From IMG/VR virus record IMGVR_UViG_3300042890_006166, positions 32,001 through 96,000 of that record: 64,000 nt of DNA; one strand, given 5' to 3'. This stretch comes from a virus. The translations under genes were made by a program, and so were the position numbers. Shown piece after piece: positions 8,600 to 17,624 of the stretch. Under the pieces are notes generated by a model, which had not been told where the DNA came from, made no database searches, and saw nothing but the letters and a program-made list of their open reading frames with translations. Position 1 is the stretch's first letter, and the number at the start of each line of letters is the position of its first letter.

Positions 8600-8959
8600 A
8601 TGACAAAAGTTTACGTTACAAACTCCAGTTTAATGGCTGCTATTCTTGAATCTAAGAAAAAAGGCCAACTGACCAACGAGACAATCGAAATGTTCAATTT
8701 AATGATTGCTGGTATTTCCAAGAAAATGGCTTACAAAGATCCAGATGATAAAGCTGATTGTATGGCTTTTGCAATGGAAGATCTTTGTAAGTATTGGAAT
8801 AGGTTCGATCCAACCAAATCAAATAATCCATTTGCTTATTACACACAAATAGCAAAAAATGGATTTGCAAAAGGGTGGAAAAAAATTCACCCCCCTAAAT
8901 CCCCTAAAACCATTCCATTTTCTTATATTACAGGAGAAGACAATTCCTATAATATTTAG
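8600..8959 (+). CDS. gp55: T4 gp55-like late-transcription sigma factor (short)
   Basis: YVTNSSL start and C..YWNRFDPTKSNNPFAYYTQIA match the gp55 family signature (NFDPEKS.NPFAYFTQI). Confidence 0.8.
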   Translation: MTKVYVTNSSLMAAILESKKKGQLTNETIEMFNLMIAGISKKMAYKDPDDKADCMAFAMEDLCKYWNRFDPTKSNNPFAYYTQIAKNGFAKGWKKIHPPKSPKTIPFSYITGEDNSYNI

Positions 8960-9445
8960 ATGACTGATATTAAGAAAATAAAGCCCAACGGTAGCTACAA
9001 ATCTGGTTTGTATGTACCGGTCAATCCAGACAAATACGTTGGAGATATACACAACATAATTTGTAGATCAAGCTGGGAATTCAGATTTTGCAAATATTGT
9101 GATAATAACGATAAAATTTTAAAGTGGAGTTCAGAACCAGCCGCTATACCATATTATAATCCTTTGGACAAAAAAGATCACAAGTACAATGTTGATTTTT
9201 ATTTGAAAGCCCTTCAAGACGATGGTAATGAACAGGAATGGTTGGTAGAGGTGAAACCTGAAAAGCAACACGAAAAGCCAGTATATGAAGGAACTTACAC
9301 CGTAGATAAACTGAAATCATACAATCACAAAATGCAAATTTGGATTACAAACCAAGCCAAATTCAAAGCTGCTAAACATTGGGCTGAAAGTAGAGGAATG
9401 AAATTTGGGGTTGTAAACGAGAAATTCTTATTTCAAAGTAAATGA
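8960..9445 (+). CDS. gp4: T4 gp4-like head completion nuclease (TnsA-like PD-(D/E)XK)
   Basis: RSSWE..FCKYCD.N..ILKWSSE..AIPY...D.K.H.Y.VDF...LVEVKP. Confidence 0.88.
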   Translation: MTDIKKIKPNGSYKSGLYVPVNPDKYVGDIHNIICRSSWEFRFCKYCDNNDKILKWSSEPAAIPYYNPLDKKDHKYNVDFYLKALQDDGNEQEWLVEVKPEKQHEKPVYEGTYTVDKLKSYNHKMQIWITNQAKFKAAKHWAESRGMKFGVVNEKFLFQSK

Positions 9446-10044
9446 TCGACTTTCAGGATCAGGCCAGAAAATTAAGAAGTGAATTTCCTTCTTTAACTAA
9501 ACTTAATTCATTGATAAACGAGGAATTTTTGGAAAAATATGGGCCAAGCTCGAATCACTCTGGAGAGAAATTCACTTCTTTTAAAAGCGGAAAAATTTAT
9601 TTTGCGTTACACACAACAAAAACAAATCCAGGAGAAAAAAATCCCTTCGTAAATAGATATCCGTGCTTTCTTTTTTTATCAGAAGAAAGAATTGGTACAG
9701 GGATGATTTGCAAAGTAATGGATCTTACAATTATTCCAAATGATAAACGGGCAGAAATTTTAACTAGACTAACTTCTACTTTTTCAGAAATACTTCAAGA
9801 AAATATGAGAAATATTTTGGGATCTCAAATGCCTTTGAATCTTAAGGGAGAAAATTTACAAAAAATATTCAAAGGAACTGGATACGAGTTTGCAATTTTT
9901 GGGTTTCACAAGGAAAATTTACGTGACGTGAAAATTGTAGATTATGAAGACTGGGTAAAAATTCCTTATTTCAATAACGCCTCAATAGAGGGTCTCTCTT
10001 TGGATAAGATATATAGGGAATATAAATCGAAAATAAAAACTTGA
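9442..10044 (+). CDS. Divergent gp2-like DNA end-protector protein
   Basis: Position next to gp4; GKIYF...K......PFVNRYP.FL...MDLTIIP...R..IL pattern resembles the gp2 family. Confidence 0.5.
   Translation: MIDFQDQARKLRSEFPSLTKLNSLINEEFLEKYGPSSNHSGEKFTSFKSGKIYFALHTTKTNPGEKNPFVNRYPCFLFLSEERIGTGMICKVMDLTIIPNDKRAEILTRLTSTFSEILQENMRNILGSQMPLNLKGENLQKIFKGTGYEFAIFGFHKENLRDVKIVDYEDWVKIPYFNNASIEGLSLDKIYREYKSKIKT
10008..10015 (+). promoter_or_regulatory. Putative late promoter GATATATA for the portal genes
   Basis: Inside the 3' end of the upstream ORF, 59 nt before the portal ATG. Confidence 0.6.
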
Positions 10045-10074
10045 TTTTGTCTATAAAAATAAATTTCTGGCTTC

Positions 10075-11700
10075 ATGGCAGGATTTAACGAGAATCCAAA
10101 TACCAATCCCATATTCCAAAGAATAAGGGAATCCATCAAAAATCTGAGTAATTTCGGATTGCGGTATGGTGACATGGTGGTTAAAAATTCCCAAGCCATT
10201 GGTGCTACTGAAGCAGAATTTTTAAAGAAGGGACCTATAGAAGATGAAACAACTTTTTTCTCCTTAGGAAGACAAGATACGACAACCAGACAATACATTT
10301 CCTATTTTGATAAAGACTATGCAGGAAAAAGAGATTACTTGAGAAAATTTTCTTTAAACCCGGAAATTGAATATATTCTGGATACTGTTTGCGACGAGTC
10401 TATTTCTTATGATGGTTATAACTTTTTCGCTTATCCAGCATTCCTTAATATAACCGGGCTTAAACAAGATGTAATAGATAAAATTGATTCAACGTACAAA
10501 AAATTGTACGACATGTTTGGATTCAATGATGATATTTCTGCCTGGCAGTACTTCAGGCAGCTTTTGGTTGATGGTTTTGTAGCTTTCGAAATTGTGTATG
10601 ATGACAAAGGAAAAAATATTATCGGATTTAAAGAATTGGATGCTACCACGTTAATGCCCTCTGTAGAAAAGCAGAAAGATGGAACATTCTTGAATGTTTG
10701 GTATCAATATCCTAAGGACGAAAGAAAAAGAAGAATGCTGTATGATTCTCAGATCATTTATCTTTCTTACGCAAAGGGTAATTCTGTTTCAAGGGTAAGT
10801 TATACTGAAAGGTTAATTCGTCCATATAATGTTCTGAGGATCATAGAATACACTCGTGTTATTTGGTCTGTGATGAATGCATCTTTCCGTCTTAAAATGA
10901 CAGTTCCGGTAGGCTCCAGATCACAACAAAAGGCTATGCAAACACTCGGAGAGTTAATGTCTATCTATAAAGAAGATATTCAATTCAACGACGAAAGCGG
11001 TGAACTTTCAGTAAACGGACAACCAAAAATTCAGTTCTACAAAAATTATCTTATGCCCAAAGGTGCTTTGGGTACTCCTAATATTGAACCTTTAAATACT
11101 GCTGGACCAAATTTGAATGATCCAGCTCCTTTGGCTTACTTTTTTGACAAGTTGGTTCAAGAATCTAAAATACCATTTTCTAGATTTCAAGGGCCTGATG
11201 GCGGATCAACAGGTAAATATGCCAATGCAGCAGAAGGATTAGACAAAGAAGAAATTAGATTTTCGAAGTTCATTATGAGATTGAGATCTGTTTTTCAAGA
11301 TATTCTCATAAAACCTCTATGGATTCAATTGTGTCGTGATTTTCCCCAATTGGAGAAGGATTATATGTTCAGAAGTCAGCTTGGTTTAACTTTTGTTTCA
11401 GATAATCCGTTTCGTGTTAACCAGGAGATAGAAACGATGAGCAAAAGAAAAGAATCCATCGACTCTATGTACCAATTAGTGGATGAAGAAGGTCAACCTT
11501 TCTTTTCTTTAGGATTTTTGATTGAAAATTTTCTTGGAATGACCGAGGATGATATCAAGGCTAATGAAGAAGCGAAAGAGAAGGCAAAAAAGAAAAAAGA
11601 AAAAAATTCACCTGAGGGAGAAGGGGGAGAAGAAGGCGGTGCTCCTCCTGAAGGGCCAGAACCAGGAGCAGCCCCGCCTGAAACAGAAACACCAACATAA
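10075..11700 (+). CDS. gp20: Portal protein, copy A (T4 gp20-like)
   Basis: EIEYILDTVCDESI, WQYFRQLLVDG..AFEIV, FYKNY.MP, YFFDKL.QESKIP.SR, EEIRFSKFI.RLRS.F motifs of gp20 portals. Confidence 0.88.
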   Translation: MAGFNENPNTNPIFQRIRESIKNLSNFGLRYGDMVVKNSQAIGATEAEFLKKGPIEDETTFFSLGRQDTTTRQYISYFDKDYAGKRDYLRKFSLNPEIEYILDTVCDESISYDGYNFFAYPAFLNITGLKQDVIDKIDSTYKKLYDMFGFNDDISAWQYFRQLLVDGFVAFEIVYDDKGKNIIGFKELDATTLMPSVEKQKDGTFLNVWYQYPKDERKRRMLYDSQIIYLSYAKGNSVSRVSYTERLIRPYNVLRIIEYTRVIWSVMNASFRLKMTVPVGSRSQQKAMQTLGELMSIYKEDIQFNDESGELSVNGQPKIQFYKNYLMPKGALGTPNIEPLNTAGPNLNDPAPLAYFFDKLVQESKIPFSRFQGPDGGSTGKYANAAEGLDKEEIRFSKFIMRLRSVFQDILIKPLWIQLCRDFPQLEKDYMFRSQLGLTFVSDNPFRVNQEIETMSKRKESIDSMYQLVDEEGQPFFSLGFLIENFLGMTEDDIKANEEAKEKAKKKKEKNSPEGEGGEEGGAPPEGPEPGAAPPETETPT

Positions 11701-11702
11701 TT

Positions 11703-13310
11703 ATGGCAGGATTTAACGACGATAACAGCCAACAGCGTTCTTTCTTAGGAAATTTGTATCGAAATCTGTCCAGAATTGGAAGGTTTGGAATGCAGTATGA
11801 GGATATGGTCATCAGAAATTCGCAGGCTATAGGAGCAACTGAATCTACTTTTTTCAATAATCAAGGAACAGGATTTACTGAGAATGATGCTTTCTTTTGG
11901 ACATTGGGTTATCAAGACACCAGAGTAAGAAAATACATCGCTTATTTCGACAAGGACTATTTAGGCAAAAGAGAGTTTCTACGAAAATTTGCATTAAATG
12001 GAGAAATTGATTTTATCCTAGATACCCTTTCGGACGATGCCATAAATTATGACGATAAAAATTTCTTTGGATATCCTTCGTTATTGAATGTAGATCTAAA
12101 GCCCGAGGTGCGAGCTAAGGTGGAAGAAAATTTCAGAACTTTATACATGCTTTTTGGTTTTCAACAAAGCATTTTGGCCTGGCAATATTTCCGTCAATTT
12201 TTGATTGATGGGTTTTTGGCTTTTGAAATTGTTTACTCTACAGACGGCAAGAAAATTGTTGGATTTAAAGAATTAGATGCTACTTCTTTACAACCAGCCA
12301 CAGAACAACAACCTAACAAAGAATTTCAACAAATTTGGATTCAATATCCAGGTGATCCTAGAATGACCCGAAAATTAAAGGCAGAGCAAGTAATTTATCT
12401 TTCCTATGCCAAGGGTAACTCAGTTTCTAGAGTAAGTTATACGGAAAGACTTATTAGATCGTATAACATTTTAAGGGTGATGGAGAACACAAGAGTTATT
12501 TGGAATGTGATGAACGCTTCATACCGTTTGAAATTTGTTATTCCAGTTGGAACACAATCAGGACAAAAAGCAATGCAAACACTGGGACAATTAATGTCTC
12601 AGTATAAAGAAGAAATTCAAATCAACGATACTTCCGGGGAATTAACCGTAAATGGAGCTCCCAAAGTTCAGTTTTACAAAAATTATTTATTCCCTGAAAA
12701 AGACGGAGAATCTCCGGACATCAACACATTAAATCCTGCTGGACCCGATTTCAACGTCATGGAAAACGTTGTGTACTTTTACAACAAGCTGAAGTTAGAC
12801 TCCAAAATTCCATATGCTAGATTTGCTTCGAGGAGTGGTCCTGTGACTTACCAGATTTCTATCGATCAGTTAGAAAGAGATGAAATTAGATATGAAAAAT
12901 TCGTTACCCGTTTGAGGTCTGTTTTTCAAGAACTTTTGGTAAAACCTTTATACATACAAACCTGTTTGGATTTTCCGGCTTTGTCTGAAGACCGGTCTTT
13001 CAAAGTTAATTTGGGGTTGGATTTTGTGAAAGAAAATGTTTTTGAGCAATTGATTGTACTTTCTAATTATACAAAAAGAACAGCTTTTATTACCGCCTTG
13101 GGTGATATGAAACAGAAGATTGGGGAAGAAGAAGTTCCTTATTTCGATAAGGAATGGCTTATCAAAAGATGGCTAGGTCTGAGCATGGACGAATATCGTT
13201 CCAATCAAAAGTACAAAGATGATGAAAAAAAACAGGCAGACAAGGATAAAAAGGACAAGGGAGAAGAAGGAGGAGGTGGAGAAGGGGGAGCACCGGATTT
13301 TACGCTTTAA
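11703..13310 (+). CDS. gp20: Portal protein, copy B (T4 gp20-like)
   Basis: Full-length paralog of copy A with the same gp20 motifs (EIDFILDTLSDDAI, YFYNKLKLDSKIP, DEIRYEKFV.RLRS.F). Confidence 0.88.
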   Translation: MAGFNDDNSQQRSFLGNLYRNLSRIGRFGMQYEDMVIRNSQAIGATESTFFNNQGTGFTENDAFFWTLGYQDTRVRKYIAYFDKDYLGKREFLRKFALNGEIDFILDTLSDDAINYDDKNFFGYPSLLNVDLKPEVRAKVEENFRTLYMLFGFQQSILAWQYFRQFLIDGFLAFEIVYSTDGKKIVGFKELDATSLQPATEQQPNKEFQQIWIQYPGDPRMTRKLKAEQVIYLSYAKGNSVSRVSYTERLIRSYNILRVMENTRVIWNVMNASYRLKFVIPVGTQSGQKAMQTLGQLMSQYKEEIQINDTSGELTVNGAPKVQFYKNYLFPEKDGESPDINTLNPAGPDFNVMENVVYFYNKLKLDSKIPYARFASRSGPVTYQISIDQLERDEIRYEKFVTRLRSVFQELLVKPLYIQTCLDFPALSEDRSFKVNLGLDFVKENVFEQLIVLSNYTKRTAFITALGDMKQKIGEEEVPYFDKEWLIKRWLGLSMDEYRSNQKYKDDEKKQADKDKKDKGEEGGGGEGGAPDFTL

Positions 13311-13320
13311 ATTTAACTGA

Positions 13321-14319
13321 ATGAATTTTAGGGAATTATTTTTATCTAAAAAAATATTGGTTGTTGGTGATTCTATTTTGGACCACTATGTTTATGGAAA
13401 GGTTCATAGAATATCCCCGGAAGCACCAGTTCCAGTTGTTCTGAAAAGCAAAGAGCAATTTTTTCTAGGTGGAGCAGCAAATGTCGCTCAGAATATTACA
13501 GCCTTCGGAGCCAAGTGCACTTTATTGACTTTGGTAGGAGATGACGAAGATGGAAAAATGTTGTTGAAAAAATGTAACGAAAAAAATATAGATCCGATTT
13601 TCGTCCACGAGCAAGATAGACCAACAACGAAAAAAACCAGGATTATAGGAAATAAACATCAAATTGTCAGAATCGACGTTGAACAAACACATGATTTATC
13701 ATATGATTCTAGTTTGAGAATCATTGAGGAATTTGAAAAACAAGTTCAATTGCATGACGGTGTGATTTTTCAAGATTACGGAAAGGGATTATTTACAGAT
13801 TTCATATTAACTTCTTTGATTGAAATATCAAAGAAATACTCGAAAGAAATTTTGGTAGATCCTAAGGAACCTGATCTTGGTAGATATCAAGGAACAGATC
13901 TTATCAAGCCAAATTTGAATGAGTTCAAGGCTATGGTGAATATTAAACCTGAACAAGATTTAGAAATTAGTCAGATCGTAAATTATGCTCAACTGGTGAT
14001 GGAAGAATTCGACTATAAATATTTCCTAATTACTTTATCAGAAAAAGGAATGTTGTTGGTGGGGAGACACTTTTCTCATCATGTGCCTGGTATAAATGTA
14101 GATGTTTCAGATGTTTCTGGAGCGGGGGACACGGTTAGTTCAGTTTTCAGCTTAGGGTTTTTTTCTTGCACATACGATTTTGTATCCAAGTCGAATTTGA
14201 TCCGAATAGCAGAACTGGCTAATCTGGCAGGATCTTTAGTGTGTAGACATTCTGGAGCAGTCCCAGTTGACCCTGGAGAATTAGAAGAATTATTCGAAAA
14301 AAATCCAATTTTTTCCTGA
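13321..14319 (+). CDS. hldE: D-glycero-beta-D-manno-heptose-7-phosphate kinase (HldE/RfaE domain I, PfkB family)
   Basis: VVGDSILDHY..G.V.RISPEAPVPV, LGGAANVA.N, QDYGKG, IKPN..E, DVSGAGDTV; no adenylyltransferase domain. Confidence 0.92.
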   Translation: MNFRELFLSKKILVVGDSILDHYVYGKVHRISPEAPVPVVLKSKEQFFLGGAANVAQNITAFGAKCTLLTLVGDDEDGKMLLKKCNEKNIDPIFVHEQDRPTTKKTRIIGNKHQIVRIDVEQTHDLSYDSSLRIIEEFEKQVQLHDGVIFQDYGKGLFTDFILTSLIEISKKYSKEILVDPKEPDLGRYQGTDLIKPNLNEFKAMVNIKPEQDLEISQIVNYAQLVMEEFDYKYFLITLSEKGMLLVGRHFSHHVPGINVDVSDVSGAGDTVSSVFSLGFFSCTYDFVSKSNLIRIAELANLAGSLVCRHSGAVPVDPGELEELFEKNPIFS

Positions 14320-14360
14320 TTTAATTTTTTTTTTGCAGGGTTTAGTTCTACATTTACATC

Positions 14361-15698
14361 ATGATAAACGAACTAAAAATCCTATCGACACTCGAATCTT
14401 TAACTGGAAACGGGTCACAAAAAGAGAAGCAAAGATTGCTCTCAGAGAACCTTACCGAGGTGATGTCATACCTTTTGGACGTGTGTTTCAATCCCTTTGT
14501 AACGACCAAGTTACACAAGCTTGATTTACACCCAACCCCTATCGGGGAATTCCCTGGTTTCGATGTTTTCAAGTCCCTAATGGAAAGTTTAAAATCAGCT
14601 CCGGCTGCCAACGACAACCTTAGAGGTCAAGCCACATCACTCATCAATTCCCGTATTTCGGAGGATCCAATCGAAGACAAACAACTTCGGGAAATTCTAA
14701 TGAAAATCCTCACCAAAAGAATGAATATAGGTATAGGAGCCAAATTGGTCAACAAAGCAATTGGTAGAGAACTTATACCAGATCCCTCTGTGATGCTAGC
14801 TTGTGACGATCAGAAAGAAATTGCCAGCTGGGGAAAGATCTACTGTGAAGAAAAATACGACGGTGTTAGAGTAATTGCTGTAGGGGACAGAGAAAAAGGA
14901 TTCCAATTTTACACCCGAGCCTTCAACGAGTTGGATAAAAGTAGACTTTATTACATAGAGCGAGATTTAATCAATATTCTCCACAATGCTAACATCGTAG
15001 GAGAAGTATTTTTTGATGGTGAACTAACCGACATCAACAGAAAGTCAGTGTCAGGAAAGGTAACTCAAATTCTGAAGGGCACAGCACCACAAGATATTGA
15101 CAAGGAATTTATATTCAATGTGTTCGATTTAGAAAAGGCTTCAGTACTAAAAATTGGACACGGTACTACGCCTTTCATACAAAGAAGAAAAGAATTGGAA
15201 TTCTTAACTGCCTTTTTGTCTCTGAATTCTCAGGTTAAACTTGCCAGACAGTGGGTGGTAGATTCCATGGAAGAAACCCAAAATATTTATGGACTAATTA
15301 TTTCCTTGGGTGGAGAGGGTGTTATTCTTAAACCAGGTCACCACGTATATGAGTGTAAACGTAGTAAAAGTTGGGTCAAATTGAAGCAAGTTCAAGATTG
15401 TGATCTGGAAATCACCGGATGGTATCCCGGAGAAGGTAAAAGGGAAGGATTCATCGGGGGTTTCATTTGTACCGATGCCTCTAGAACTTTGGATGTGAAG
15501 ATAGGATCTGGATTTACTGATGTCGATTTGAAAACTCTCAGTTCCAATCCAGATCAATGGATTGGCCGGGTGGCAGCTGTTCAATTCAACGAGCCTATTA
15601 CAGACAAATTCGGCAATCGGAGCCTGTTTCTTCCCCGTTTTATCGAAGTTAGAACCGATAAAAATCAGGCTGACGACATGACTTCTTTTTTCAAGTAA
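14361..15698 (+). CDS. ATP-dependent DNA ligase
   Basis: EEKYDGVR adenylation motif, FDGEL, FNVFD, EGVILK, W.KLK and an OB domain with IGSGF. Confidence 0.95.
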   Translation: MINELKILSTLESLTGNGSQKEKQRLLSENLTEVMSYLLDVCFNPFVTTKLHKLDLHPTPIGEFPGFDVFKSLMESLKSAPAANDNLRGQATSLINSRISEDPIEDKQLREILMKILTKRMNIGIGAKLVNKAIGRELIPDPSVMLACDDQKEIASWGKIYCEEKYDGVRVIAVGDREKGFQFYTRAFNELDKSRLYYIERDLINILHNANIVGEVFFDGELTDINRKSVSGKVTQILKGTAPQDIDKEFIFNVFDLEKASVLKIGHGTTPFIQRRKELEFLTAFLSLNSQVKLARQWVVDSMEETQNIYGLIISLGGEGVILKPGHHVYECKRSKSWVKLKQVQDCDLEITGWYPGEGKREGFIGGFICTDASRTLDVKIGSGFTDVDLKTLSSNPDQWIGRVAAVQFNEPITDKFGNRSLFLPRFIEVRTDKNQADDMTSFFK

Positions 15699-15701
15699 GG
15701 G

Positions 15702-15728
15702 GAAACCTTTATTCGAATTTTCATAAAA
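15702..15728 (+). promoter_or_regulatory. Putative middle (ECF-type) promoter GAAAC-N17-TAAAA
   Basis: Intergenic, upstream of the clamp-loader operon. Confidence 0.5.
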
Positions 15729-15743
15729 TTTAAAAGAGGAATT

Positions 15744-16694
15744 ATGGTTAATCAATTACTGACTGAAAAGCTTAGGCCCCGGGAACTGAAACATATGATT
15801 TTGCCGGATCGAATCCGAAATTTATTTGACGGCAAACCATTGGCACAGAACGTTTTGTTGGCTGGATCACCTGGCTGTGGTAAAACAACTTTGGCTAAAA
15901 TTTTAGCCGCCAATTCTCCACATCTTTTCATCAACGTTTCAGACGAAAGTTCGGTAGATGTGATTCGAACTAAAATCAACGATTTCTGTTCTACTCTAAG
16001 TATCATGGATGGAAAATCTGCTTTAAAGGTGGTTATTCTAGACGAGTTCGATGGAGCATCGGATCAATTCTACAAAGCCCTTCGTGGAACTATCGAAAAA
16101 TTTGCTAAGAATGCCAGATTTGTAGCCACGTGTAATTGGATAGCCAAAGTACCAGAGGCTATCCAATCCCGATTTGAAGTGATCAATTTTGATCCAGTAA
16201 ATTCCGAAGAAGAACAGGAATTGAAAGCAGAGTGGAGAAAAAGGATTGGATTGATTTTAGAAAAACTTTCTATCTCTATTGACTCTGATGCTTTAGATGC
16301 TTTCGAAAGAGATTTTTTTCCCGATTTAAGATCTGCTTTAAATAAAATTCAAGCTTGGTCGATAGAAGGACTACAAACCATCGATGCCAAAAAAGTAAAA
16401 GATTCTTCCTATTCACACGAAGAACTTTACCGTTTAATTTGTGATGGCAAAAACCCAATTGAAAATTATCAGTTCATTGTGTCACAATATTCTGGTAAAG
16501 TTGATTCTGTCATGTTAGCCTTGGGTGATGAATTTGTTGGTTGGGTCCAGCACCATCGTCCAGAACTGGCTAAAATAATTCCGGCGGTTATCGTTATGGT
16601 AGCCGAACACCAAGCACAACGAATGTTGGTTATTGATCCCATAGTTTCTTTGCTGGCCTTGGTGTTTAAAATACAAAAACAAATTCAAGCTTAA
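15744..16694 (+). CDS. gp44: Clamp loader AAA+ subunit (T4 gp44/RFC-like)
   Basis: EKLRP, Walker A GSPGCGKTT, Walker B VILDEFD, CNW, AIQSRF, FPDLRS. Confidence 0.93.
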   Translation: MVNQLLTEKLRPRELKHMILPDRIRNLFDGKPLAQNVLLAGSPGCGKTTLAKILAANSPHLFINVSDESSVDVIRTKINDFCSTLSIMDGKSALKVVILDEFDGASDQFYKALRGTIEKFAKNARFVATCNWIAKVPEAIQSRFEVINFDPVNSEEEQELKAEWRKRIGLILEKLSISIDSDALDAFERDFFPDLRSALNKIQAWSIEGLQTIDAKKVKDSSYSHEELYRLICDGKNPIENYQFIVSQYSGKVDSVMLALGDEFVGWVQHHRPELAKIIPAVIVMVAEHQAQRMLVIDPIVSLLALVFKIQKQIQA

Positions 16695-17005
16695 TGGAAC
16701 TTCTACCTGACGAAATCAAAAAGAATACCTTTATTTATCGACTTCTTAAAAGGGGTGAAAAGGCGATGCTGTACGAGCAATTCTGTTCAGATTCAGAAAA
16801 GGTAATTGCCTGGGAGGTATTTAAAAGAAAAATAGACCAACCAAAAGAGGTTTTTGGAGTACAGTTAGGAGAAAGAGAAATTTTTCCTGGTAACGAAGAT
16901 TTCGGCAAGTGGGCTTGGGCACCTTCCACTTATACCAAAGCAGAATTCATTTTCAACCAGTTGGAACAAGGTTTAAATCACAGAGGTTACGAAGATGGAG
17001 AATAA
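16694..17005 (+). CDS. Hypothetical protein
   Basis: 103-aa ORF translationally coupled between gp44 and the kinase. Confidence 0.65.
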   Translation: MELLPDEIKKNTFIYRLLKRGEKAMLYEQFCSDSEKVIAWEVFKRKIDQPKEVFGVQLGEREIFPGNEDFGKWAWAPSTYTKAEFIFNQLEQGLNHRGYEDGE

Positions 17006-17624
17006 TAATTCGGGTCCTAAAATCCACTTAGATTTTAATCCAAACCGATCCGATGAGTGGTTGTATGCCTCGAGTTTATTTTACACCAAAAAAATAAAAA
17101 GGTTAATCCTGTGTGGAAAGGGCGGAGCAGGAAAAGACCACCTTCGACAACTTTTGGAAGAGAAAGGTTTCAAGTACTGTGTTTCTCACACCACCCGACC
17201 CCGACGGACAAACGAAAAAGAAGGAAAAGACTATTTCTTCGTTGAAAATTTGGAGCATTTTGAAATCCTTAAAGGAATGTTCGAAAGGAAAGAATTTTAC
17301 GAGGTGAACCTTTTTGCTGGATGGATTTATGGAACTTCAATTCAAGAATTCAATTCCAGCAATTTAATGATTCTAACTCCTTCTGGTATTGCTAATCTTA
17401 AACCAGATGATAGAAAAGAGTCTTTCATTATTTTCTTAGATATAGATTCAAAAACTAGGAAATCTAGGTTGTCTGTAAGAAAGGATGCCGATTCTGTTGA
17501 TAGAAGATTACGAACGGACGAAGAAGATTTTTCGAATTTTTCGGACTTTGATTTTAAAATAACCGATCCTAATTTTGTTGTAGGTTCAGAAATTTGGTTT
17601 GATTTAAAGTATTACAATGATTAA
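16995..17624 (+). CDS. gmk: Guanylate kinase-like protein
   Basis: GKGGAGKD P-loop, SHTTRPRR.NEKEGKDYFFV, YGTS. Confidence 0.85.
   Translation: MENNNSGPKIHLDFNPNRSDEWLYASSLFYTKKIKRLILCGKGGAGKDHLRQLLEEKGFKYCVSHTTRPRRTNEKEGKDYFFVENLEHFEILKGMFERKEFYEVNLFAGWIYGTSIQEFNSSNLMILTPSGIANLKPDDRKESFIIFLDIDSKTRKSRLSVRKDADSVDRRLRTDEEDFSNFSDFDFKITDPNFVVGSEIWFDLKYYND

Noticed and set aside
10075-13310. Portal duplication as a diversity-generating retroelement TR/VR pair
   Set aside because: Differences are spread over all bases and mostly synonymous rather than adenine-specific; both copies are full ORFs; no reverse transcriptase in the window
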